From: Camelus ferus
Lineage: Eukaryota
Direction: 5' to 3'
Assembly (NCBI RefSeq): GCF_009834535.1
Contig: NC_045696.1
Location: 7,008,001 to 7,072,000, forward strand
DNA: 64,000 nucleotides
Below, in pieces: positions 26,838 to 37,940 of the stretch. Position 1 is the stretch's first letter. Each line of letters starts with the position of its first letter. Position numbers and translations under genes: made by a program. Below the pieces are notes generated by a model that had not been told where the DNA came from, did not search any database, and worked only from the letters and a program-made list of their open reading frames with translations.

Positions 26838-27384
26838 CATGTTAGTCTGGGCTCTCCGGAGAAAAAGAACCAGTGGGATAGGGATGGGTGGATGATAGAT
26901 AGATAGACAGACAGACAAACAGACAGACAGGTAATAGCTAATAAATGGACATAGATAGATAGAAGACAGATAAAGACATTTATTATAAGGAACTGGCTCA
27001 CATAGCTATGGAGGCTGAGAAGTCCCGCAATCTGCAGTTGCCAAACTGGACACTTGGGAGAGCCAGTGGTGTAGTCCAGTCCAAGTCCAAGTCCAAATCC
27101 AAGTCCAAGTGCAGAGGCAGGAGGAGACCAACGTCCCAGCTGGAAGACAACCAAACAGAGGAAGCAAAACCTCTCTTTCTCCACCTTTTTGTTCTATTCA
27201 GGCCTTTAACGGGTCGGGTGAGCTCCACCCACGTTGGGGAGGGCCTTCTGCTTTACTCAGTCCACCAATTCAAATATGAACCTTTTCCAGAGACACCCTC
27301 ACAGACACACCCAGAGTAACATTTGACCAAATATCTGCACACCCAGTGGCCCCACCAAGTTGACACGTACAATTAACCATCATG
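26838..27384 (-). mobile_element. ERVL LTR (MLT2-like) with internal (GATA/GACA)n and (AGTCCA)n expansions
   Basis: 'ttattataaggaactggctcacatagctatggaggctgagaagtccc...aagttgacacgtacaattaaccatca'. Confidence 0.9.
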
Positions 27385-28489
27385 GTACGGATACCAAAGG
27401 TTTCAATGGCAGCCACGTGGGGCGCAGAATCGGCCGAGCAGCCGTGCTGTGGCTTGGGCAGTGACTGTCCTTGGAGACTGGTGCAGTCTCAGAACCTGAG
27501 CTGGGGGTGGGGGGCATGCTACAGGGTCCTGGGAAGCACAGGTCTGAGAAACAGCCCCGTCACAAGGACCGAAACGGGCAGGCCCTTGACGGCAGCCAAA
27601 CGTTTGGGAAGCCAGCAGAGACGCTGTCACCATGCACGCTGGCTTGCCTTCCTGCAGGTGCCCTTAGTCAGTGGCTCGGCCGGGCGCCGGCTGATCGGAG
27701 CAGGGTCCCGCTCTCTGGTGAGCAGAGTCCCATCACCCTCACACACATGGTTCTTGGTTACATATTTCACTCTGATCTGTCCCGAGAGGACTTGTTTCCC
27801 CAGGAATTCCTACACCAAGTTGGAGTCTCCATATGCTTTTTCTCCCAAAAGGGAGAAAAATAAGTAAACAGCAACAGAACATGAGCTGTTGTTTATATGT
27901 GCTCCTGGCCAGTGGAGAAGCCACTTGAGAAAGAGTGAGTGGAATCTACATGTCTAGCCTTCGTATCTGAGACTTAAATTTTTACAAAGTGATTCTCTGT
28001 AGGTTATTTATTTATATACAAACATCTAGCTAGAGTCAAACAAGAATTTTAATAAAAGGAGTCACAATGTTAACTGGCCCTTCTGCTGACTCAGGGCTTC
28101 CTTGGGCACCGATGCCCACAGGTAACTCTCAGTTGCTTCAGAAATGAGTCATGAGGATGTTCGGTAAAGCCCTGTACGGTCAGTAGATAGGGTTTTTTCA
28201 ACAAAGTCTAGGAGGGGTGTGAGTTCGGCATGCTGGCTCACTGCATAAGGCAGCCAGGAGAAGGCACTGAGACCAACGGAGCTCTGGGCACAGACGGTCC
28301 TCCCACAGTGACCTCACTCCCCTTCCTTCACTCCCTCACTGGCCAGTGGACACCCTCACCCTCGTGCTGGGTTTGGGTTGCCAGATCTCACCAGCTGGTT
28401 AAGATGAGGGCTGAGTCCACCTTCCCTTCACCCAGCAGGAACTCTCCTTCTTCCCCACTCTTCCACCTTTGCCCCAAATTCATGCAATT

Positions 28490-28682
28490 ACTACTAATAA
28501 AGTTAAAAATAAGTCGCATTGACTGAGTACTTACTGCATGCCAGGCACTGTTCTCAATCCTGTGTATGTACAAATTCACAAAATCCTTACTCCTCTACAA
28601 TGTAGACATCATTATTATCACCCTAATTACATGGGTGAGGAAGCAGAGGGAGATTTAATTAACTTGTCCGAAGGCACAGAGC
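28490..28682 (-). mobile_element. MIR
   Basis: 'tgactgagtacttactgcatgccaggcactgttct...gtgaggaagcagagg...taacttgtccgaaggcacagag'. Confidence 0.8.
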
Positions 28683-28685
28683 TTC

Positions 28686-29095
28686 TGTACTGGTTCTCTG
28701 TTGCTGCACAACAACCTGCCTCTAAACCCAGTGGCTGAAAACAGCAAATATGTTTCTGTAAGTTAAGAATCAGGAACTGCTTTGCTGGGCGGTTCTAGCT
28801 CAGGATCTCTCAGGGGCTTGCAGACGCAGCCAGGGCTGCAGTCTCCTGAGGGCTTGATGGGGCTGGCGGATCCACATCCACATGGCTGTTGGCTGGAGGC
28901 CTCAGTTCCTCCCCTTGTGAGTCTCCTTACACGCTGCCTGAGTGTCCTCACAAGGTGGCAGATGGTTTTCCCCAAAGCAGGCGGTCCAAAGAAGACAAAG
29001 GGAAAGCCTCAGTGCCTTTAGTGACCTCATCTCTCAAGTCACACATCATTACCTCTGCTTTTAATTAGTAGTTCTAAATGAGTTACTAAGTCCTG
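28686..29095 (-). mobile_element. MaLR LTR (MLT1E/F-like)
   Basis: 'cagtggctgaaaacagcaaata...gggctgcagtc...ggcttgatggggctgg...ctgcctgagtgtcctcac'. Confidence 0.75.
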
Positions 29096-29299
29096 CTTTC
29101 CTGATAAGCCCTGCCACTATGAGGTTGTTCTGACTATCCACTAAGTTAGCCAGCGACTTCTCTCTGGTCCCATAGGACTTTGTACATAGCACTCAAATTG
29201 CATTTAACATTTTGTGAATTTGCACCCTCGACTGGAAGGATATCTCTGTGAGAGTAAGGTCTGTGGGCCAGGCAGACAGCAGGCACTCCAAATGTGTGT

Positions 29300-29520
29300 G
29301 ATGAGTAGATGGATGGACAGATGAATGGATGGGTTGTTGGCTGGTTGGATGGATGAAGTGATGGATGGGTGAGTGGATGAATGTGTTGATAAGTAGTTGG
29401 GTGGGGAGATGGAAGGATGGATGGATGGATGGATGGATGGATGGATGGATGAGGGTTGGATAAATGATTGGATTCATGAACAGTTGAGTTGGTAGGTGGG
29501 TGGGTGGATAGATGAATGGA
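29300..29520. repeat. (GGAT)n-type simple repeat expanded from an L2 tail
   Basis: Pure GATG run at about 29416-29451 in a degenerate array that follows 'aggcactccaaatgtgtg'. Confidence 0.9.
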
Positions 29521-30317
29521 GACACACAGCTTCTGATATTATATAGCTCACAACGTTCCAATAAAAATAAGATTAACTATATAATCTGGAGAAATTTACT
29601 AAAGAAAAACATTATGGAAAATAGCCTAATCAGGATAAAACCATATGAAAAACAAAGCATAAAATTTTAATACAAACAACAACAAAATGGAAGGAGAAAG
29701 AAAGGAAGGGACAGGGGAAGAAATGAAAGGGCAAACAAAAGCACCAGTATTTTGCAAACCCAAAGATTTGGCTCCCTTGAGTAATACTGTTTTTTCCCCA
29801 ACAGATTGAAAATAAACTGTCTGGGCCAACTTGCTCTCTGGGTAGGACACAGGCCGCGTGTGCCCAGTGTGCCACAGGAGCAGACCCAGCACTGAGCTGT
29901 TGCCATGGAAAAGCCATGGTCCCCAGGCTGTGTTTTCAGAAGCCCTCCCCCTCCCTGCCCCTGGGCTGTCAGGCTGCAGCAGTTCGGAGCTTGCCTTAAG
30001 CCACAGGAGGGATTGGTCCTGCAGTCAGAGGCAATAGTCCAAGGCCAGCAGGGCAGTGGGCACGCGTCATCCTGGCATCTGGGAGGAGGGACTGGAACCA
30101 ATGATGGATTTCTGCCATTGGACAGACAGAGCTCCCTGCATAGCCTCAGCCTGGCCAGGAGCCAGGATCCCTACAGTCAACTTGGACCAGGACTGCAGTC
30201 ACTCCTGATAAGGTCTCAGGTCCCCATGCTGGGGACAGTGGAGGTCGTGAAGGGGATGCAGAGCCACTGTGAGACCAGAGAACCCCAACAATGTGGGCAG
30301 AGCCCCTCCACTTTCTC

Positions 30318-30528
30318 CCGTGGTTCCTCAACCTTGGCCCCACTAATATCGGAGCTTCTTTGCTGTGGGGCCATCCTGTGCATCGTACGGTGTCTTGCAG
30401 CAGCATCCCTGACCCCCGCCCTCCAAGTGCCAGTAGTGCACCCGCCTCCCCTAGCTGTAACGATCAAAAGTGTCTCCAGAAGTGGCCCATGTCCCCAGGT
30501 GGACAAAGTTGCCCACTGAGCACCACTG
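30318..30528 (+). mobile_element. hAT-Charlie MITE (MER20)
   Basis: 'gtggttcctcaaccttggc...ctttgctgtggggccatcctgtgcatcgtacgg...gcagcatccctg...aaaagtgtctccaga...gagcaccactg'. Confidence 0.88.
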
Positions 30529-31218
30529 TTCTGGCAGGAAGGTCGACCACTCTGCTTTCCCACTGTCCTGTTCATTCGCTTGTCACCTCCCTACAGGCCG
30601 GCCCTGGGCACAGCCCCTTCACTCACGTGACCCCAGCTGCCCAGGACCATGTGGCATGCCCACAGCCCTCGGTGGGGGCTCCCCTCTGAGGTCCTTCCAC
30701 AGGACACTGAGGGTGTCCATTGCGTTCATTCCATAATGTTTTGTCAGTGTTCCACAATGATGTATCAGGTGCCCAGTGTCGGCTGGTAGCGGGGTACAAG
30801 GGTGACCAGAGGGCAGGGCCTGCCCTGGGGAGTTTAGAGCCCACCTGCCCACCATGAGCTCCTTGGGGTCACGGGACAGAGCTGGGACAAGACTTCCTCT
30901 CTTATCACGCACCCTCTTCTCGGGGCTGGAAACTTCTGCTCAGGGTGGGGCAGAGCGGAGGCAGCCAAGGACTGAGGCATCCCGGGGCTAAAGGCACCAC
31001 CCCATTACACCCCTCCCAAATCCCGGGTCCAAGGAGAGATCAGGAGCAGTTCCTCCCGGAGGTGCTGGGGACTCCAGGACCCGAGGTGCAGCCCGAGCCG
31101 TCCCGGCGACAGCATCTTTCCCACCAGCGTTCGCAGTGACAGCCAGGTGCTCACTGTTCCGCAGTGACCAGAAAGCAACCTGGGCGGGCTCACCGTCCAC
31201 GAAAGACATGCAGGCGCG

Positions 31219-31250
31219 AGCGCCACCTAGTGCTGCAGCGCCCACACAGC
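31219..31250 (-). promoter_or_regulatory. Candidate CTCF binding site
   Basis: AGCGCCACCTAGTGC (minus strand GCACTAGGTGGCGCT) is one mismatch from the CTCF core consensus; lies in a CpG-rich patch. Confidence 0.6.
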
Positions 31251-31363
31251 AGGCCTGGGAGACCGCGCACGCCGGGTGCCTGGCGGACAGTTTTTAAGAA
31301 CTAATGCAAAACACAGAGAGAGACACTGCTGTCAGACACAGATAAGAACTATGCACACTTTAA

Positions 31364-31557
31364 TCACACAGGGAACTATATTCAATATCTTGTAGTAACC
31401 GTTAATGAAAAAGAATATGGAAAGGAATATACGCATGCGTGTATATATGTGACTGAAACGTTACGCCTTACACCAGAAATTGACTTAACGTTGTAAACTG
31501 ACTATACTTCAATTTAAAAAATAAGTTAGAATTAAAAGAATAGATAAATAAATAAAA
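31364..31557 (+). mobile_element. Short L1 3' end
   Basis: 'cacagggaactatattcaatatcttgtagtaacc...taaactgactatacttcaatttaaaaa' plus A-rich tail. Confidence 0.9.
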
Positions 31558-31954
31558 CCAGTGCATTCCCTCCCTGAAAAACATCCTTCGACTCTACCCC
31601 CTCCCTTGTCAGGTTTAATCTGTGCGTGTTCGTATCTCCCAGGCAAAGGCAGAGCCGTCAGCCCTGGGACTGCAGACGATGGAAGGAAAGAGCTGCGGCG
31701 TTTGCACTAACCCTAAGCCAAGCGCAGTAATGTGACAGCGAACAAAGCTGCTCAGGTCTCCTGGGCTCAGTCCAAGCCAGGCACTTACAACACGATGTGA
31801 AGGGTGTCCACTGAGTTAAGCCCCAGGCACCTGGGAGCTCCGGACAGGGCCGCCTGAGGCCACCCGGGAGCCCGGCGCGAGGCTGCCTGGGGGAGAGCTG
31901 CCCTTGCCTCTCCTTAGCCCTTAACTGAGCAAGTTGTCCAGATTGTATGCACCC

Positions 31955-32730
31955 ATTCATTCGTCATTAATTGAGCACATACTAGGCAGTGTTCTCGGTC
32001 GGAGGCACGCAGCAGTGCGTGAACCAGGCCCCGCTTTCACGTGTTTGTGTGCGAGTGAGCAGGAGAGAGAAGCTCAGTGAGAAACTACGCGGGTCGGGGG
32101 GTGGGGAGGAGGGACGTGCACAAAGGAAAAGGAAACGGGGCTCTGGAGTAGGGGGTGGGTGTTGGGCAGGGGAGCCAGGGAAGGTCTCTCTGAGAAGGTA
32201 ATGTTAGAACCTCCCGGGACAGGGAGAGTGGGAGCCACGAGATCGAAGAGGGAGAGTGTTCCAGGCAGAGAGAGCCTGAGTGCAAAGGCCTCGCGGTGAA
32301 AGGCAGCTTAGAGAAAGCGAGGAGGCTGGTGTGGCTGGTGAGGAGGGGCGTGGGCCGAGCTGGGGAGCGCGACACCCCTGGCACCTGACCCAGGAGCCGT
32401 CGTGGGCCACTGTAAAGGACCGCGGGCCTTTGCTCTGAGAGGGGAGCTGTGGATGGCGTTGAGCAAGGGGTGGCGAGATGTTACATGCGTTCTTAAAGGG
32501 TCATGTGGCTACTGTGTGAGCTGAGATGACCTAGGTCCAGGTTTGCCTGGGCGGAGGGGTCTCCCAGGAGGTGGTAGGACAGTCAGTGCTAAATCTGAGA
32601 GTGACAGCAAGGCTGGAGGAGCTGGTCGCCCTGGGCGTGGCTAGCGGCAGGCAGAGGGGGAGAGGCCTGCGGCAGCCATTCAGGCAAGAAGCGATGTTGG
32701 GGCAGTTTAGGTTGGAGGTGGGAGAGCCGC
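31955..32730 (-). mobile_element. L2 fragment including 3' end
   Basis: 'cattcattcgtcattaattgagcac', 'ggaaggtctctctgagaaggtaatgtt', 'gtgttccaggcagagagagc...tgcaaaggcc'. Confidence 0.8.
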
Positions 32731-32999
32731 CCGTGAGCTCCATGTCTGCGCCTGGGCATGTGCAGGGGCTAGTGGGTTCTTCCCTGCCCCACACCCCAGA
32801 GCAGCCTGTTTTCATGTCTCCATGGCCCCTGGATGGAGGCAGACTTCACGTGGGTGGAATACACTGTAATCACTAAAGAGAAACCCCAGAGCTAAAAGTC
32901 TCACCATGAAAGCGGACAGGTAAACCCTGCTCTTCAGCCATCTGCTCTTCCAAGGCTCCTCCAAGTGTCTCCAGTGTGTAGCCGGGATAGGTCCCAGCA

Positions 33000-33290
33000 A
33001 GAGGCTCTTCCCCTTCTTGCCTCCACTGATCCACCTGGAAAACTCCTACTCATCCTTCAAAGCCCAATCCATCTTTTTTGAAGACTTCCTTGCAACCCTC
33101 TCACCCAGCAGACCCCTCCCTTCTCTCTGCCCACCTCTAGCCCTGAACACACCTCTAAAATGAATGCACCCATCTATCTGGTTACCACATATGTCAGGGT
33201 CTGCATCCTTGTGTCTGACCCATCCTTGCATCCTGGTGCCCAGCACAGCATCCAGTCCTTAACTGGTGTGTGATGAGTGAGTTGAATCCA
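33000..33290 (+). mobile_element. L2 3' fragment
   Basis: 'aactcctactcatccttcaaagcccaat...gtgcccagcacagc...tgagtgagttgaat'. Confidence 0.65.
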
Positions 33291-33608
33291 TCATAGAAAC
33301 AAGTGAGCCCGGCCACTGGACCAGGAAAAGCACTGTTCTGGGATATGCCCTCATTTCTGAGGCTTGGAGATGATCCTGTGCCTGAAAAAGGAAGACTGTA
33401 GCTCCAGGAGGGAGGATGGATGAGCTGGAGAGAAGCCGGGTTGGAGAAGGAAGAAGAAGCAGCCATCTCAACAGCTTCTCCTGACCTCAGGAGCATCTTA
33501 CAATAGTAGGTGCTCACCATGTTTTCAGTGTGCGCGGAGCTGCCAGCCTTCCTGCAGCCAGGGTCAGGCCACTAAGAGCATGGGCACCCATCCACTGGGA
33601 GCCTGTCC

Positions 33609-33735
33609 TCAGTGGTTCTCAGCCATGGCTGCATCAGAACCATCTGCTGAGCTTTGAGCAAACACTGCCCACAGGCAATGACATCAGAATCTCAAGGTGG
33701 AGCCCAGGTGCCAGTTCTTTTGAGAAACTCCCAGA
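33609..33735. mobile_element. MER5A-like MITE fragment
   Basis: 'cagtggttctcagccatggctgcatcagaaccatctg...atcagaatctcaaggtggagcccagg'. Confidence 0.75.
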
Positions 33736-34254
33736 ATCTGCCAAGCACCCCCCACAACCAAGAATTATCCAGCCCCAAATGCCCTCGGTGTGCTGCTGCA
33801 GAACCTGACGTAGAGATACGAGGGGTGACCCAGAAGGAACTACCACTTACTGGCACTCGTTACACACTCAGCTCTGGTCTGGGTGCTTTGCCTCTGTTCT
33901 CATTTGATTTTTAAGGGAAATAAAATGAAAGAGGTACTAGCATTGTATTCTCATTTTACAGATGAGGGAAGTGCATCTCAGACAGGTAGAGGGACCTGCC
34001 TGGGAGTTGGATGTCCCAGCAGCCGTCTTAGCAGCTCCATCCCTCATCACACACCAGCCCCCGGGTCATGCCATCCCGCCCAGATCATGAGAGTCCAGCT
34101 CAGCCTAGGGTCAAAGTATCCAGGGTGGGGCTTAGCACTACTCAACAGGAAAGAAACCAAGACTAGGGGCTCTTGGACCCACAGAGGCTGACCTCCCCCA
34201 TTCCCCAATCTACTCTTTGTACCCCATCTTCTCCCCTCTCCTCTGAGCCCCAAC

Positions 34255-34420
34255 CCGGGCTGGAATCCCTCTACTCCTAATTGTGTGGTTTACAGAAAAT
34301 CACTTAACCAGTGCCTGCCTCAGTCTTCCCACCTACGAAATGAGAATTAGTAATACCTTGCTCTCAGGTTCTCAGGGCGCCTTTGGGGTGTAAAATAAGG
34401 TCACACAGAAAAGCCACCAG
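34255..34420 (+). mobile_element. MIR fragment
   Basis: 'aatcacttaacc...gcctcagtcttcccacctacgaaatgagaattagtaatacct'. Confidence 0.7.
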
Positions 34421-35339
34421 CCGAGGCCCCGGCGTCACAGCACTGCGCTCGCTTCTGTCTCCTCCTTCCACGTGCCTCCCGTCTATTCTCTAAACTCAAC
34501 GCATATGTCCTCCAGGAAGCCTTCCCAAACCACGTCTGACACTTCCATCCTCCAAATAACTAAACCACCACACCTTTAGCACGAATTCACACGTCGCTCT
34601 CAGCTGCTGTCCAACTCCGTCAGGATGTTTTGTTTCTTAGATACACTTTAAATTGCTAAAAGGCAGTAGACTTTGAGGAAGAAAATCGCCCGTGATGCTT
34701 GTTGGATGGGTGGCTGATTTCACCCAGCAGATGCTTGGATCCACCTAAAACCCTATTTTAGTTCTGTTCTGCCTCGAACCGCTGAGAAAGGCAGGAGGGG
34801 TTCGTCCTCCTAGACAGAGCTGTGTGAATCCCAGCTCTGACTCTTACTAACACCGAAGTGGCAACTCCCACCTTGAAATTAGGTGGAATAATTAAAAATT
34901 GCCTTCCCGCCTGGTCTCACGGTTTCCCTTTACAATTCAGAAGTACTTCTGAATCCCACGAGCTTTGTCTGCATCTTGCCAGTTGCTAAAGGTTTATTGG
35001 AAAACCAGAGTGAGTCATGATTACCTCCTCCCTGGAGAAGTGACCCGTGATGCTCCACTTTCCCCACCATGGACAGCCTCGTCAGTGAGGCTCTCTCGGG
35101 AACAACCTCCCCAACTAACACTGTTTTATGTTGCGCAATCCGTAACAATAATAGTAGTTACATTTATTCAATGCTTACTCCCCCAAGTGACTTCCAATCA
35201 CCACTCCTCTAATCCTCACAAGGACCCCGTGAGGTTTGTATTATTGTATCCCATTCAGCAGATGACCAAACCAAGCCTTAAAAAGAGTCTTCTTTTTCCA
35301 GTCTCTGTACCATTAGAGTTATCTATCCCTTAAAAGTTT

Positions 35340-36670
35340 AAAAGAGCCCACAGTAGACCCACTTGGATTTTTCCTCCTGGTGTTTCCTTTTCATGAAGTC
35401 TTTCCACTACCAATTCAGTTTAATAGTTATAGGACTATTCAGGTTTTTCTATTTCTAGTTAAGTCAGTTTTGAGAAGTTACGTATTTTTTAGAAATTTGT
35501 CTATTCCATCTAAATTTTCAAGTTTACTGGTATAAATTCATATTTCTTGTTACATTTTGATATCTCAATGCATCTTTAGTTATGTACACTTTTAAATTCC
35601 TAATACTGTCTATTTAAATTATCTTTCTTTCCAACTGTGTTCATCTCATTAGGGGTTGGTCACTTTCATTAGCCTCCGAAGAGTCACCTACATTACATTA
35701 TTATTAATTATTAATGTAAATCGATTACATTATTGTTTTCTCTTTCATTACTTTCTGCTCTTCACTTGGTTGTCGCTTTACCTCTTTTTCTTTGTATTAC
35801 TTCTGCTACTTTTCCCCTTTAAAATGGATGTTTCATTCATTCATTTTCTGCCTTCTTTTTCTTATTCTAATATGACTTAGGGTTAATTTTCTAATTCTCT
35901 AGTTTCATCCCACAAGTTTTGATATGTAGTTTTCTCTTTATTGTTCAATTCCAAGAGTTATCTAAAGTCTATGATCTCGGCTCATTCACTGACAAATTAT
36001 TTGGACGTGACTATTCCCAAAAGCATGGCATCTCACTCATCTTCCTTGGTTATTGACTTCTAATTCAATTTCATTATGGTTGGAGAATGAGCTGAATGAT
36101 AGCTTCTTTGGAACTTATCAAGTCTTGTTTTCTGACTTTGTACATGGTCAATTTAACACGTACTCTGGGTGTGCTTCAAAGAATGCAGTCCCAGCCATTG
36201 GATGCAGCGTTTGACATGTGTTTGTGGTATTAAGCTTGTTAATTGTGTTCTTTGTGTAGATATATGTGTTCTCACTGATTTCTTGTCTGTTTAATCAAGT
36301 ACTGATAGAGACTTCATTACGATAGTGAACGTGTCCATTTCTTCTTGTTCTATTTTGAAATATATAATTAGATGTACATAAATTTAGCATATTTATATCT
36401 TCTCATGAATAGAAACTCTTAGCATCATGGAGTGATCCTTTCATCTCTTGCAGTAATTTTTGCCTTAATCCATTTTGTCACAAACCCATATGGCTACAGA
36501 AGTGTTCTTTTGGTTACTATTTGCCTGATATACCCCATTCTATTATTTTCCTTCAAGCTTTCTGTGTTCTTCTGTTCCAGGAATGCCTCTTATAAACAGG
36601 ATGCAGTTGAATTCTTTAAAAATTCAGTAGGATCATCTTTGTCTTTTTACCAGGAAATTAGTTGAGTGCC
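35340..36670 (-). mobile_element. Old L1M ORF2 fragment
   Basis: T-rich; 'aaatttgtctattccatctaaattttcaagtttactgg', 'catcccacaagttttgatatgtag'. Confidence 0.8.
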
Positions 36671-36692
36671 CTAGATCAAAGGTCTGGTGGTG

Positions 36693-37940
36693 CAGTGGTT
36701 ACACAACTTTCCTGTTCACATACTCCTCAAAAATCTGGGCAGACCATTCAGCCTCTCACATAGTTTTAATTTGACATCTAAAATATTTATCATAAGTTGA
36801 AATTATTGCAAAAGATTTGGGGCATATTATAAGTACTGACATTATATAATGACTACATAATTCACTTAAATATATTTCATGAGATGTAAATATATAACAA
36901 TTCAATAGCTATCATCCATTTTAAAAACAAAAAGCAAGCTTTTCTTCAAACGTCTGAAATTTTAGTGTCTTTTTCTTTTTTCTCGGACTCATATTTTCAT
37001 TTCACCTCCCCTACAGAATTTCATTCTAGTGCATTACACTTTTTGTGCTTCAAAATCTCTTGATCACAGTATTAGACTTCTTTACAACAAGAACATGTAT
37101 ATAAATTTAAATTTGAAAAAACTCTTCTCATCATAAGATTTCAAGGATTAAATTGTTTTCTTCTAGACAGATATCATTACAACATAAGAAGAACACAAAT
37201 GATCAAAATATAGGTACGTTAATTTGGGGTGAATAATTATTAAGTACAAAAGCAAAATTTTTTTAAATATACATCTCCTAAGGACACGGGTGGGGTTTTT
37301 ATTTTTATGTGTAGCTGTAGATTACTATTACTTATTGGTAATCTGAGACAGGGATGGGCTTTACTTCCATCCCAATTTAGTGTCAGTTTGGCTACGAGTA
37401 CTGATAAGCATTATTCCTATAAATACATAAATAGGGGTAGAATGGGCATCAATATAGCTTGTCACTTGGTTCTTCGAACTTCTTTGCAGTCATTTGTTTT
37501 AAAAATCATGTATTGATTAATCATCAAAAATTATGTTAAATGATCCACAAGCTGATACATGAATTAGGCCCTGCTTCAGTTTTGTCAAAAGCAATTCCTT
37601 AGAAACTAGCTACTTACAAAAGGATCCGTTACTAGTCATTCTAGTCAATCTCATTCTCAGTTTCAAAGAATTATACAAAGGTGGGGGGGCTTTATCAAGG
37701 CTGTTGCCAACAGTATTAGTAGCTAACACTATTAACTAGTATCAAGTTAATAATCAAAGTAATCAAAATTAATTATAACAGTTACCCTTGTAGATAGGGC
37801 TCTCTTGCAGCCCATTTTCCAAAAATTTTAGAAAAATCAAAATATTCATTTCAATAGATCTTTTCAAAGGAAAAGTTGAATAGGATACTCAGTAATTAAA
37901 ATTTTGGCAATATTTAATGCAAATGGTTCCCATATAAGTC
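36693..37940. mobile_element. hAT-Charlie DNA transposon fragment
   Basis: Starts with Charlie-type TIR-like 'cagtggttacacaacttt'; AT-rich decayed body. Confidence 0.5.

Noticed and set aside
29905..30519. 204-aa ORF
   Set aside because: The C-terminal third is translated MER20; no recognisable protein
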